Shown here: piece by piece, positions 17,812 to 34,400 of the stretch | Layout: each line of letters starts with the position of its first letter | How positions within the stretch are numbered: the first letter of the stretch is position 1 | Source: the human T2T-CHM13v2.0 reference genome, Homo sapiens | Assembly (NCBI RefSeq): GCF_009914755.1 | Contig: NC_060926.1 | Direction: 5' to 3' (one strand) | Length of the DNA: 64,000 bases | Notes under the pieces: model-generated | Database searches by the model: none | Told to the model about the DNA's origin: nothing | The model's input: only the letters and a program-made list of their open reading frames with translations | Program-made: the position numbers and the translations under genes

Positions 17812-18738
17812 TGGTAAGCGGACTTCTAAGTTGGTCTGCAGGCATCTGCACCTTCTAGTATTCATGCCCACATGTAACTCCCTCCCTTAAATATGAGCTG
17901 CACCTAATGACTTGTGTCTAATGAGTAGAATACAGCAAAAGTGATAAGATGGCACTTCTGAGATTAGGTTTCAGAAGACTGCCTTCTCCTAACTCTCTCT
18001 CTCTCTGTTCTTCCTGATAACTTTAGAGAAGCACATTGTTGAAGCAAACTGCCCTCTGGAGAGACTGTCATGGCAAGGAATTGAGCATCCTCACCAATGA
18101 GGAAAGGAAGCCTGCAGCTCAATAGCCAAGGAGGAACTGGCCTTGCCAGCATTCATGTGAGTGAGCTTGGAAGTGGATTCTTCAACAGAGGATGATAGCA
18201 GCACCTGCTGCTCATAGCAGCCTTGTGAGAGCCCCAGAAGACCCAGCCAAGCCATGTCCAGATTCTTCACCCACAGAAACTGTAAGATAATGAATGTATA
18301 TTGTTTTAATCTGCTGAATTTTGGGGTAATTGCTTATGCTGCAATAGATAATTGATAAGGTTTGGCTGTGTCCCCAACCAAAATCTCATCTCGAATTGTA
18401 ATCTGAATTGTAATCCTCATGTGTTGGGGGTGGGACCTGGTAGGAGGTGATTAGATTATTGGGATGGCTCACCATGCTGTTCTAATGATAGTGAGTTTTC
18501 AAGAGATCTGATGGTTTTATGAGGGGCTTTTCTCCCCTTCTCTCCACACTTCTCTCTCCTGCCACCATGTGAAGAAGGATGTGTTTGCTTTCCCTTCTGC
18601 CATGATGATAAGTTTCCTGAGGCCTCACCAGCCATAAGGAGTTGTGAGTCAATTAAATCTTTTTTCGTTTATAAATTACCCAATCTTGGGCAGTTCTTCA
18701 TAGCAGCATAAGAATGGACTAATACAATAATTAACACA
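17812..18738 (+). mobile_element. MLT1F-like MaLR LTR, interrupted near its end by THE1
   Basis: GAGTAGAATACAGCAAAAGTGAT..CACTTCTGAGATTAGGTT and CCCACAGAAACTGTAAGATAAT; terminus GCAATAGATAAT|TAACACA is split by THE1. Confidence 0.8.
18353..18726 (+). mobile_element. THE1 (THE1C/D-like) solo LTR
   Basis: TGATAAGGTTTGGCTGTGTCCCC...GGACTAATACA with a perfect 5-bp TSD ATAAT. Confidence 0.92.
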
Positions 18739-20199
18739 CCTGAGTATAAATCCTAGCACAGACCTTCCCAGCAGATGAGCCAAGGCATACTGGTATGCAA
18801 AATATGGATTACAGGTGAACCCAAGATATTGATCCTTTAACTACTGGGGATGCCAAGGGCAGGTGGGTCAGGTTGGGCCTGGGATTACTAGAGTTTAAGG
18901 GCAGGTTATCCCCAGTAGAGGAAGCATTCTAAAGCATACAATAATTTGGATTTACAATGGAAAGATAGTTTTTAAAGACTGAAAATAGGAGAGAGAATAG
19001 AAGAATAAGGTCTAAATAATCTTTAAGTCTTCGGAAAATCTAAGTAACCAATTCTTCTTTGCTGGAAAGAAATGAAATCTATGATATTTAGAAATCCCAT
19101 TAAAATAAAGTTATAAAATCTCTCACATTTAGCCTTTGGGTAATTCATTTTGTTAAGTGGATGTGCAGAAAGGAGGCAGTTTCCCTTAAATGGAACCACT
19201 TAGGGGTCTAATTGGAGGTCCGATCCCTTTTTGCAGAAGATGTTTTTTTATCTGCTGAATACAGTTAACTCTCCTGCATGTCCTCTCCCTGGTTTATTTG
19301 CTTACTCTGGGAAATGAAAGGATGGCGTGGTTTGTGAACCAGGAGTTGTTATTCTTTGCCTGCATATCATGTTGGCTTTTTTTTGGTAAGAAAAATCACA
19401 AGAATATATGAAGTTTTTTTATGAATAGAACCCTTTATTTTTAGGAGAAAATGGATGGAACAGTTTGGGGCTTTGGGGCCGCCTGTTGCTCTTGTGTGAG
19501 CACCTCCCACTGCCTTGACTTTACTCTGCTGCATACTCGGTGCCAGGATTTACATGACCTCGGTGGGGAACAACTGGATTTAGCATAAGTAAGAATAACT
19601 GCTTTTCCCCTGGGGAGAGACAAAAAGGATAAGTGCATAAGGCACAGAGACAATATTATCGGGAGTTATATTCCTGTTCGGCTCTTTTATTCACTCTGAA
19701 TTCTGGATTCTGTTGCAAATAATGAAAGCAAGAAGCTAGCTGGCTTGGAGCCAAGGTCTGGGATTAGCAAAGACTATTTTATTTGGGGCTAAAAAATATG
19801 TGTTCATTAGTGATGTTCTATACGTTGCACATATGGCCATCGGATTAAAAATCATTGTTTGTTTTTTTTTTTTTTTTGGTAAATTGATATTGCCAAGAAA
19901 GCACAGTTAATAATTTGAACTAGGCAGGGAAAGGTGAGTTTCTGCCACTGTGTCTACCCAGGATGAACGCAGAAGGTGTCTGTGCACACCTGTTCCTGCT
20001 TTGCCACACATTCTCAGGTTGCCCCATATTCTCTGGGCTTGGGTTGGACAGCTATCATCCCCATAATAACCTGCATCCTTTTCTCTCCCTTACTTCCAAC
20101 CGTGAGGTAACTTTGACACGAACACCCTAAAATCTAATGTCAGTTTTTCCTTTTTACTCTCACCTTAAATATCCTGTTTTTCTTTTCTCATAAAACCAT

Positions 20200-20420
20200 T
20201 GAACGAGTTGCAAGACCCCATTTTGAACTCAGCCAGACCCTGGTTGGAATCCCAGCTTCCCTGCATGCTACTGTCTCCAGGATCCTAGGGGAAATTATTT
20301 AATTTTCCTTCACTTCAATTTCCTCATTGATAAAGTGAAGAATAATCATATACATCTCATTGGGTTTTGTGAAGATTAATGAAACAAGAATAAAGAGTAT
20401 TATATTGCATTGTACCTAGT
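20200..20420 (+). mobile_element. MIR
   Basis: CAGACCCTGGTTGGAATCCCAGC...CTTCAATTTCCTCAT...GTGAAGATTAA. Confidence 0.7.
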
Positions 20421-20752
20421 AATAAAATTTTATCTTGATCATTAATACAGGGTAAAGTGGTAGTCAGAGGGAAATTTATAATTTAAATACTGATATTAAA
20501 AATAAGAAAGCCCTTAAAACCAAAATAAATCTTCCACTTGGAAAGTGTAGAAAAAAACAGTGTTTATATTATAAAAATGATGACTTCCATTTTTGGTTGT
20601 TTGAAAGACTAGATGTCCGGAAAAAGTCTTCTGGTATGGAACTAAAATTCTGGATAAAATATATTTTTAAACTTTCTAGAAAATACTTGTCTGAACTCTT
20701 GGGGGGAAAAAAGGAAGATCCTTGCCATAGATAATAAGAAGGTAAAAATCCA

Positions 20753-21107
<355 letters not shown>

Positions 21108-21676
21108 CTATCTGACTGTCTTCGGTGGCACCTGCGGGGGAGGATAGACAAAAACACGAGGCCTGTGAAAGCCAAGAGGATGGACTAGAAAACATCACGT
21201 GAAGCCAGAATCCCAGAAATATTACTCTAGGTATGTTCAAAAGGGTTGAACAGAAGTGTGGGGGGTGCCCGAGAGACAGAGATGTAGAAAAACTTACCAA
21301 TCATCTCTAGACCGAAATGAAAATTATAAATGGGAAAGAATACTTGGAGAATGCTAACCACAAGTTTGTTATCACAAGTGTTTAAGCCAGAATTTACACC
21401 ATCTGTATTACCTACCCACCAATAAATCTAAGTCAAATATGTCGTTAAAAGAGCATCCAAATATTTAGCTAATAGGAACAGAACAATAGGATAAACCTAA
21501 AGAAAGTGGAAGGATGGGAATCATAAGGGAAAAAAATAATGAACTAGAAAATGAAGAAACAGTAAAGCACATCTTTTGAAAAGACTCATGGAAGTGATGA
21601 CCCAGACAGAAAGGCTGTGCCCAATCCCCAGTGTTGCAGTTGGGGAGAGCACAGGTTTCATAGAAAAGTGCTGCAT

Positions 21677-21995
21677 TGCCAGGCACGGTGGCTCACGCTT
21701 GTGATCCCAGCACTTTGGGAGGCTGAGGCGGGTGGATCACCTGAGGTCAGGAGTACAGGACCAGCCTGGCCAACATGGTAAAATCCCATCTCTACTAAAT
21801 AATACAAAAATTAGCCAGGCGTGGTGGTGGGTGCCTGTAATCCCAGCTACTTGGGAGGCTGAGGCAGGGAGAATTGCTTGAACCCGGGAGGCGGAGCTTG
21901 CAGTGAGCCGAGATCATGCCACTGCAGTCCAGCCTTAGTGACAGAGCGAGATTCTGTCTCAAAAAAAAAAAAAAAAAAAAGAAAGAAAGAAAGAA
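21677..21995 (+). mobile_element. AluS
   Basis: Full Alu with TSD AAAGTGCTGCAT. Confidence 0.92.
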
Positions 21996-22005
21996 AGTGC
22001 TGCAT

Positions 22006-22725
<720 letters not shown>

Positions 22726-23832
22726 ATATATATATTTTAAGTGCCACCTTCAACAGTTCCTGAACAGACTGTGGTGGCTGAGGGACAGGTCCAGGCAGAT
22801 TCTAGATTTTCCATAAAATGGGAAATCCTCTCAAAAGCCAGTGAATGCCAGCATGGTCCAGGGAACAAAACCAAGAGCCCTTGACCCTCCAAGAGAAAGT
22901 GGAGGTGACTATTTAGGCCACAGAAGGAGGAAGAGGCAGAGTATGGGACCAGCCTCAGAGCTGTTGGGGTCAGAGCCATCAGCCAGGCATGTGGTAGAAA
23001 GATCATTTAGGACCATGTGGGTCCCTTGGGGAGGGTGAGCAAAGCTCAGACCAGAGCTCCTCCTAATGCCAGCACTCCATGGACACTCCCATTGTGTTCC
23101 ACCTGGGAATTCATATCTCTCCAGGGAGAAAGGAAGGAGAAGAAGGAAGGGAGAATTTCATAGTTGATGTTTACTTACCCAGAAGAGACTGAGTCTAAAC
23201 TAAATGCTACAGTTTGAATTAGAAAAACATTTTTGCATATCTGAGTCCTAAGACTCTGAAATTCATGCTAGCTATAAAAGAATAAATGTGCAAAGAGGAC
23301 TTGAAAAATCTAAATAACTAGACCTTGGAAAAATCAGAATGGAGAGTCAGGTTGAGTCACAGGAGCTTTCTGCTGGCGTTTAGCCATTAATGTGATTCAG
23401 CTTCTTGCTCTTTATGCCTTTGCTCCCTTCTCTCTCCTCTTCCAGGCAGATAATTCCTTCTGTATTTGCAAATCAGTTTCCCTAGAGAAAAAAGTACATT
23501 GGCTCAGCTCACCAGTTCACACCAAGTCTCACCATAGTGAGTTAGCCCAAGGGCTTCCTTTGGGTGAGTCTTGCTTCCATTACATCTTCCCAGTCTCCCC
23601 ATACTCCCCCACCACCTCCTCACAGGCACGTGTATGTGTGCAAAGACCAGCTCAGGTTGAGTGAGGCAAGCTTGAGGAGTGATATTCCTGGTGTCTACAG
23701 TTAAAATATGGGAGAAAAATATACAGGCCACTATGATCTCGATTTTCCTGCCCAAGAATATGAGCCTAAATGAGGTAAAGTGTGAGTGCCTCATACAAAG
23801 GCTGGCTGTGTACTAAGCCCTGTGTTAGCTGT

Positions 23833-24769
<937 letters not shown>

Positions 24770-25352
24770 CTGTCATTATCAACAACATTAGATTAGAGCA
24801 AAACCTTGGGCTACCTTTTTTTTTGTAAGTCCCTTTTCAACTCTCCTTTTTATTTTTTTTTAAACCATCCTCAGAAATCCTCTAGTCATTTCCTATAATT
24901 ATTCTATACATATAAATCCTACCTCTCTAACAAGGCCAGATAATTTTTTTAGGAGTTTTCCCTATTTTTTCTTTTGGATCATCCACAGACTCCAGGGGAG
25001 TGTTATGCACAGATCAAGTGCTCAAATGATAAAATACTTTATTATACATTGGCTTCATGAGACATTTATCAAATTGTTCTGAAAATTTATTGAATTGAAT
25101 TTATTCAGTTGAATTAAAACTTCCTATTAACAAGATAGTAATTATTTGAAAGACACATACATTTTACTAATGAGCACCTAAAGAGTGGCCAGATGCTGTG
25201 CATGCCATCTCCCAAACATGCCAGCCTGTTCCCTGGTCCGCACCTGTCTGTCTTAACCATTTACTTCTATGCTTCAAACATTCTCACATGGAGACTAAAA
25301 AAGATATAACAGCAAAAAAATCAGGCCTAGTTTATGATTCTAAAAATAAACT

Positions 25353-25480
25353 TAGCTGGGCATGGTGGCACACCTGTAGTCCCAGCTACTTGGGAGGCTG
25401 AGGTGAGAAGATCGCTTGAGGCCAGGAGTTTGAGGCCAGCCTGGGCAACATAGACCCTGTCTGAAAAAAAATAAAAATAA
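25353..25480 (+). mobile_element. FLAM
   Basis: Monomer with TSD AAAATAAACTTA. Confidence 0.85.
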
Positions 25481-25494
25481 ACTTAAAACCAGTA

Positions 25495-26930
25495 ATTTTT
25501 AAAACATTTCTTATGGAAAATGTCAAACATAAACATAAGATAGAGGGAACAATTTAATGGAGTCTCAAACTTCAAGAGTTATCAACATTATGGCAAATCT
25601 TATACCCTAGTCAACTGTTTTTCCATGCTGTATTACTTTAAAGAAAAATCTAGACTATTCCTCCTGTAACCTTTCAGAATGTATCTCTAAAAGATAAGGA
25701 CTCTTTTATTAAACATAACCATAATATCACTAAAAAATAACAATGTTTCCTTAAGACCGTAAAATATCCAAGGTTCAAATTTCCCAAATTGCCTCCCTAA
25801 TGCTTTTCAGAGTTTTACAATTAAGATCCAAATTAGGTCACGCTTTGCATTTGATGATGTTTTTCTTCAATCTCTTTCAATTGAAGTTCTTTCCTCTCTC
25901 CTTTTTCCCCTTTGTAATTTATTTCTTGAAAGAACTGGGTCATTTGTCCCATAAAGTTTCCCACATCCTAGATCTGCTGATAGAATCCTTACACTGTGTG
26001 AATTATGTTCTTTAGTCCCCTGTACTTCCTATAAACGGGTAGATTTTCAGCCCTGTGCAATAGAACTTTTTGTGATGATGGAAATGTTCTATATCTACAC
26101 ATGTGGCTATTATGCTAGTGTAACCGAGGGATTGAATTATTTTTATTTTATTTTAATTAATTTAAAGTTGACCACAAGCAGCTAGTGCCCACCATAATGG
26201 ACAGCACATAGAGGTTAACTGAAATGGAAATAGACACGTGGCTAGTGTCTACTGTATTGGATTCAGGTTTGATTATTTATCAACAGTATGTCATACATGG
26301 TGAACTTCCACTAGGGGGCTCACAATGCCTGGTTGTCTGTAATGTTAGCAGCCCATTGGTGATCATTGTCTGTACCCGTACGTGAGAGCAGTTGCAAAAT
26401 GATAAGACTCGATTTCTATCATTCCTTCTTTATTTATTAGCTGAAATCTATCAAGAAAACAATGACTCATCAATAGTTTGATTGCTCTGAGGTATAATTT
26501 ATACAAGAAAGACAGAATAAATAGATGTTTAACTTTTTGAGGAGCTGCAAGACTGTTTCCCAAAGCAGCTCCACCCTTTAACATTCCCACCAGAATGTAT
26601 AAGGGTTCCAATTTCTCCACATTCTTACCAATACTTGTTATTGTCCCTCTTTTTTATCATAGCCATCCTAGTGAGTGTGACGTGTATCCCATCGTGGTTT
26701 TGTTTGCATTTTCCTAATAACTAATGATGGTGAGCATCTGCTCATGCTTATTGGCCATTGGTATATGTCTATGGGAGAAATTTCTATTCAGATCCTTCGC
26801 CTACTTTTAAATGAGTTATTTATCTTTTTATTATTGAATTGTGTTATTTATATACCCTGGAGACAAGTCCTTTATCAGATATATGATTTGCAAATATTTT
26901 CTCACCTTCTGTGGTTTGTCTTTCACTTTT
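25495..26930 (-). mobile_element. Old L1 fragments (L1MC4/L1MB-like)
   Basis: GTATCTCTAAAAGATAAGGACTC and CATTCCCACCAGAATGTATAAGGGTTCCAATTTCTCCACATTC. Confidence 0.75.
26048..26210. mobile_element. MER3-like hAT MITE
   Basis: CAATAGAACTTTTTGTGATGATGGAAATGTTCTATATCT...GGACAGCACA. Confidence 0.8.
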
Positions 26931-26939
26931 TGTCCATCC

Positions 26940-27273
26940 CAGCATTTGCACTAAGACCCTTGCTGCCCGTCGCGCCTCCCAGCCGATAACTGAGCAGGGA
27001 GGGGATAATAAGGCAGGCTCATTCCTGGAGATGTGGGACTTCTCTTATGGCTGAAGGTTTTTGCCAAACCTTCCTTACACTGCTCAGTGGTCCAGGATGC
27101 TTCATCCAACCTTCCCTCCTTTTCTTCTTTGAGATCGGACTTGCATTGCCATCTGACGGCTCTCAGCCTTCTCCTCCTGCCCATGTCTCTCACAGCAGAA
27201 TTTTTCTTAATAAAATCTTTGCACATTTAATTCCATCTTGGTGTCTGCTTCTCAGAGGACCTGGACTAACACA
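26940..27273 (+). mobile_element. LTR16-like ERVL LTR
   Basis: End block TAATAAAATCTTTGCAC...CCATCTTGGTGTCTGCTTCTCAGAGGACCTGGACTAACACA. Confidence 0.7.
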
Positions 27274-27439
27274 TCAGGCAATGGCAATGCCTACCCTAAA
27301 GAACGACTTTTACAGTTCAAGGCCAAAGTCCTTCTGTATTGGATAGCAGCAGCAACCCAAAGCAAGAACAAAGGTAGAGATCTGGACTCTCTAGTTGACC
27401 ACAGGGTTTCTACCCAGCGAGAAGGATGATGATTTTTTG

Positions 27440-27660
27440 AGCTGGATAAATCACACCTGGATTTGAATATCAGCTCTGCCACTTAGGAATTTGGTGGCTT
27501 TGACAAGTTATTTAGCCTCCCTGTGCCTTAGTTTCTTCATCTGCAAAATGTCAACAATACCAATGCTGTCTCTCTGCATTTTTTAAGATTGAATAAAATA
27601 ATGTAAAAAGTAACTAGTACAGAGTACAGAGCAGGAGCTCACCAAATGTTGGTTTCCTTT
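27440..27660 (+). mobile_element. MIR
   Basis: ACCTGGATTTGAATATCAGCTCTGCCACTTA...GCCTTAGTTTCTTCATCTGCAAAATG. Confidence 0.8.
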
Positions 27661-27883
27661 CCACACCCTTCAATCAGGCAGTATCATGCTCAGTTAACTG
27701 TTCAAAGGCAAGTCATAACTTGGCTGGATATGGGCTGCACACACTTTGTAGGAGTAAGCTAAGTGGTGAGCATAGAGTTTTCCCTTGCCTTTCCCTGATC
27801 TACTCTGGCCAGCTATTGCCCTCTTAGCTTCCTGGGTACTCAAAAGATGAGCTTTCCTGATGGGTTCCATAGAGATACCCAAG

Positions 27884-28635
<752 letters not shown>

Positions 28636-28823
28636 CTGCCTTCTGTGCTGCCCAAAGCTGCTCTCCCTTCTCCTCACCTCACCTGAATTTTTGTGTTGTT
28701 CTGCGATGGCGCCTCTTGGCCTCCAGCTTCCATAACCTTCCCAAGTGCTCTGCCCCAGATATCCCCACTTTTAACCAGCTTTTTTTCTCTTTAAAAATTC
28801 TCTGGACAAAGTCTGCTCCTTCT

Positions 28824-29260
28824 GGCCAGATGTGGTGGCTCACATCTGTAATCCCGGCACTTTGGGAGTCCAAGATGGGAGGATCACTTGAGGCCAGGAG
28901 TTCAGGAGCAGCCTGGTCAAGATGGTGAGACCCTATCTCTATTTTAAAAATTAAAAGATACGTCGGCACAGTGGCTCACACCTGTAATCCCAGCACTTTG
29001 GGAGGCAGAGGTGGGTGGATCACCTGAGGTCAGGAGTTCAAGACCATCCTGGCCAACATGGTCAAATCCCATCTCTACTAATAATACAAAAATTAGCCAG
29101 GCGTGGTGACACGTGCCTGTAATCCCAGTTACTCAGGAGGCTGAAGCAGGAGAATTGCTGGAACCTGGGAGGCGGAGGTTGCAGTGAGCTGAGATCACTC
29201 CACTGCACTCCAGCCTGGGCGACTAAGGGAGACTCCATCTCGAAAATAAAAATAAAAGAA
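28824..29260 (+). mobile_element. Alu monomer followed by a full AluS
   Basis: Monomer at about 28824-28955, AluS at about 28962-29258; flanking AAAGTCT(G/C)CTCCTTCT TSD-like repeat. Confidence 0.88.
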
Positions 29261-30225
29261 AGTCTCCTCCTTCTGTTGTTCTCACACACTTCGCGTTGGC
29301 ATCTTCCCTTCCACACACATTCTAAACTCCAAAGGGCCTTGATGATGAGGAGGCTCTTTGAAGAAAATCTCTAGTCAGCCCAAGCCTAACCCTATCCCTG
29401 CAAAAATCATGTTGTGGTTGGAAGTGTGGATTACTGGTAAATATTGCTGTGTGGAGAAGATTACAAAGTTTTTTTTACCTGTCAGAAAGTAAAAATATAA
29501 GCTTAACCCTGTAAGCTTATATTTTAAACTTTAAACTCTATAAACTCCCTGTCAGCTAGAAATGTTCTAGAAAACATTATTTAAAAGCTGGGATACTCCC
29601 TAGAGAAAAATTACCTTTACTGCCATGTTAGGCAAAAACATCTGATGAGGCACGGTGTTCTGTGTAAAAACTGAGGTGGTCCCAAACATGGACCAATAGT
29701 TAAATCATTTATTTCTTAATATAATACCCTTTGCCTGGTCCACAAAGTAAATTAACTTGTAAATCTAATGAGTACATGAAAATCTCAGCAAGCTCATCTG
29801 TGATCCACTCTCCGTCCATCTTCCAGCCAATCCCTCAGCTGCCTGAGGAGGGTCTCAGCCCCGGAACCCTCAGGTCCCTTCTCACCTCTTCTCCTCTAAT
29901 TGACCTGCCCTCCCCTCTTCCTTCTCCTACTTCCTTCTCATCCTCAGATTTGAGAGGCGGGAGGGGATGGGAGACTGATTATGACTTGTTAGAGGGTGAC
30001 GGGTCCTGGCCTTTTTCCTTTGTTTGTTCCTGAATCAGGAGACAATGATCTGCTACAAAGGGCAGGGGCCTCTTCATGGATTAGATGAACACGATCATTT
30101 CCCATTGTTTTCTTTACCATCTCACTTTCACATGTAACGTACTCATATGCACAACTATTTTTAAATAATAACCATTTGCTTATTGACTTTGTAAATAATA
30201 CCTGCTTGTTGAAATAAAATAAAGC

Positions 30226-30696
30226 CAAGTACAGAAAATTATAAAGACAAAAAACACCTGAAATCCCGTCATCCAGAGACAGCCACATTCATATTTTGGC
30301 AGCCATCTTTCCTGATTTTTTTTTTTTTTTTGAGACGGGGTCTTTCCTGATATTTCTATATACAATCCATGTGCTTTAACATTCTTCAAATCAACCTTGG
30401 CTAGAAAAAACAAAGGGTAGGGGTTACTGATTTAGGACACATATGTCCATGTGTCTTGCCTTATTGCTAACAAGCCACTTAGAAGGAACTTTTCCAGAAA
30501 TTCGAATTGCCCCTTTTAGATTCCCCATAATTTATTTTGTTCCTCTTTTCCCCTCTTTCCTGAGCCACCTCCTCCAGAGGCACCTGGGTCACTGTCGGAA
30601 AACATATCAGAGCTGGTTTCTTTCTCTTGTTTCTTTCACGTTGTGCTTCAGGGACTCCAAGGCCACCTTCTCTTTTTCCTTTAGAGCAGTATTTTT
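30226..30696 (-). repeat. Right arm of the local inverted duplication
   Basis: Collinear reverse-complement match to 27884-28190 and 28503-28635. Confidence 0.92.
30317..30340 (-). mobile_element. Extremely 5'-truncated Alu-type insertion
   Basis: T15+GAGACGGGG flanked by 11-bp TSD TCTTTCCTGAT (30306-30316 / 30341-30351). Confidence 0.85.
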
Positions 30697-30928
30697 GTTT
30701 TTATGCCAAGACGTTTTCCAACTTAGAGGTCATTTGTGGGAAGCTTAAAGGGAAAAAGCGTCAGTTTCGTGTTTATGTAAGAATTTGAACACCTGATATT
30801 TTTCTTGGGAGCCTTTAGCATATTGTGGAACTTGTGGATACCTGTGATATGCAAGAGGAGAACTTCTCTGCATCTTCACCTCTATAAATATGTAAAATAA
30901 ATATTTGAAAGCCAGGAAGTGACTTTGA

Positions 30929-31244
<316 letters not shown>

Positions 31245-31317
31245 TGTCTTCCCCTAGTTTTAAATTATGAAAAACAAAATCATTACAAATATCAATGGTT
31301 CTTAAATGTTAGGATAA

Positions 31318-31658
<341 letters not shown>

Positions 31659-31787
31659 AGAGGGGGTTACTCAATAAGCACATTCTTAGACCTGAACCCT
31701 AGAAACCCAATCAAGTAGTCTGGGGTGGGCCCCAGAATCTGCATCTTTAACAAGCACACCAGAGAATTTTGAGGAAGTGGCCGTCTT

Positions 31788-32557
<770 letters not shown>

Positions 32558-32646
32558 GCCCTCAGTCCTCACTTTCAGAAACACTGCTATCCATAGCAAA
32601 AACATGTAAAATGTATTTCAATAGAATGTGCTTTGATGGTTGATAC

Positions 32647-33465
32647 TGAGATGGGAGAGTTCCTGTCTCCCCTCCATAGGACTTGTGACAGGGGTGTGGC
32701 TTGTTTCCTTGGCTGCTCAAACCCCTTGCAGAAATGGGAGCACACAGGTGAGAGGGTGCAGGAGCTGGGGCAAGTGCCTTGGGCACCGGCAGGAACAAAC
32801 CCTGTACCGGCCTGTGGCAGTGTCTAGGGGTTGCCCGTGACCTGTGGAGCCCCAGAGGGCATGTGTTACAAACAATGCTCTTTTAACTTTTGCCATCTGT
32901 GGACAGCTTAAGTGTTAAAGAGCTCAGTGAAGAGTCAGTGTGACGGCCTTTTTGGGTTCCTGCACCCAGTTCATCCCGAATTCTTGTCTGGTGTCCAGGA
33001 AGAATCAGGTCACCCAGATTGAAGGGTGGTGTATGCGGAGGATTTTATTGAGTGATGGAAGTGGATCTCAGTTGGATGGGAGCTGGAAAGTGGATGGAGA
33101 GGGAAGATAATCTTCCCCTGAAGTTTGGCCGTCTCCAGCCGAACCCCTCTCCAACCGTCCCTGGCCAAACTCCTCTCTGACCGTAGTCTCTGGTGTTCAA
33201 CTGCTTCTTCTCTTGACATTCAGATGCTTCTTCTCTTCTCTCCTTCTATGCTGCTCTGCTTCTCTGCCAGTGGAGCTCAGAGTTTTTATGGCTACAGGGT
33301 AGGGGGTGTGGTGGGCCACAGTGGTTTTGGAAAAGGCAACATTTGGGCAGGAAAACAGGAATGCATGGTTTCATTTAGGGCTGTGGGTCCAGGTTTGAGG
33401 GTGAAACCCTTGCCAGGGACCCTGCTCTCTTCTACTCAGTATTTCCCTGCCTCCTGTCTGTATCA
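32647..33465 (-). mobile_element. ERV1 solo LTR, LTR27/LTR1/LTR28 group
   Basis: Reverse strand starts TGATACAGACAGGAGGCAGGGAAATACTG and ends GGAACTCTCCCATCTCA; approximate TSD ATAC/AAAC. Confidence 0.8.
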
Positions 33466-33479
33466 AAACTATGGTATTT

Positions 33480-33781
33480 TCTTTTCTTTTTTTTTTTCTG
33501 TTTTTGGGAGAATCTCTCTCTGTCATCCAGGCTGGAGTGCAGTGGTGCAATCTTGGTTTACTGCAACCTCTGCCTCCCAGGTTCAAGCAATTCTCCTGCC
33601 TCAGCTTCCCCAGTGGGATTACAGGCGTGAACACTATGTCTGGCTAATTTTTTGTATTTTCAGTAGAGACAGGGTCTTACCATGATGGCCAGGCTGGTCT
33701 CAAACTCCTGACCTCAAGTGATCTGCCTGCCTTGGCCTCCCAAAGTGCTGGGATTACAGGTGTGAGCCACCATGCCTGGCC
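33480..33781 (-). mobile_element. AluS
   Basis: Reverse Alu dimer; both flanks share TATGGTAT. Confidence 0.88.
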
Positions 33782-33912
33782 AATATTATGGTATGTTCAA
33801 TTAACTGGGACCCAGGACCTTACCTATGGGGGCCTTAGTCTTCATGACAAACACCTGATTATGGTTAATGATCTAGAAAGGCCCATTCCTGTTCTAAAAC
33901 ATTTGAAAGTAA

Positions 33913-34400
33913 TTGTATTAGTTTTCCCATTGTTGCTGTACCAGATCACTGCAAATTTAGTGATTTGAAACAATCCAAATTTATTTTCTTACAGTTTTGG
34001 AAGGAGTCCAAAATGAGTCTCTCTTGGCCAAAATCTAAGTGCTCGTAGGGCTGTGTTCCCTCTGGAGGCTGTAAAGGAAAATCTCTTTTCTGGCCTTTTT
34101 CAGGTTCTGGAGCCCACCAGCATTCCTTGGCTTGGGGTCTCCTTCCATCTTTAAAGCCAGATTGATGGCTTTAAATGGCTGTTTGAGTCTTTCTCATATC
34201 ACATTCCTCTGACACTGACTCTTCTGCCTCCTTCTCCCACATATAAAGACCCTATGACTACATTGGGCTTACCTGGATAATCCAGGGTACTGTCTCTATG
34301 TCAAGGTCAGCTGATTAGCAACCTTAATTCCATTTGCAATTTTACTTCTTTTTTCTATAATCTGGGGATAGGGGCATAGGCCATATTCTATCTACCATAG
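33913..34400 (-). mobile_element. MLT1D-like LTR
   Basis: TGTATTAGTTTTCC...TTACAGTTTTGGA...CAGCTGATTAGCAACCTTAATTCCAT. Confidence 0.8.

Noticed and set aside
19386-19444. GTAAG...TTTTAG pair as an intron
   Set aside because: Only 59 nt, below the usual human minimum intron size.
33125-33685. Longest ORF in the track (186 aa)
   Set aside because: Antisense LTR plus antisense Alu translation, with a TTG start.
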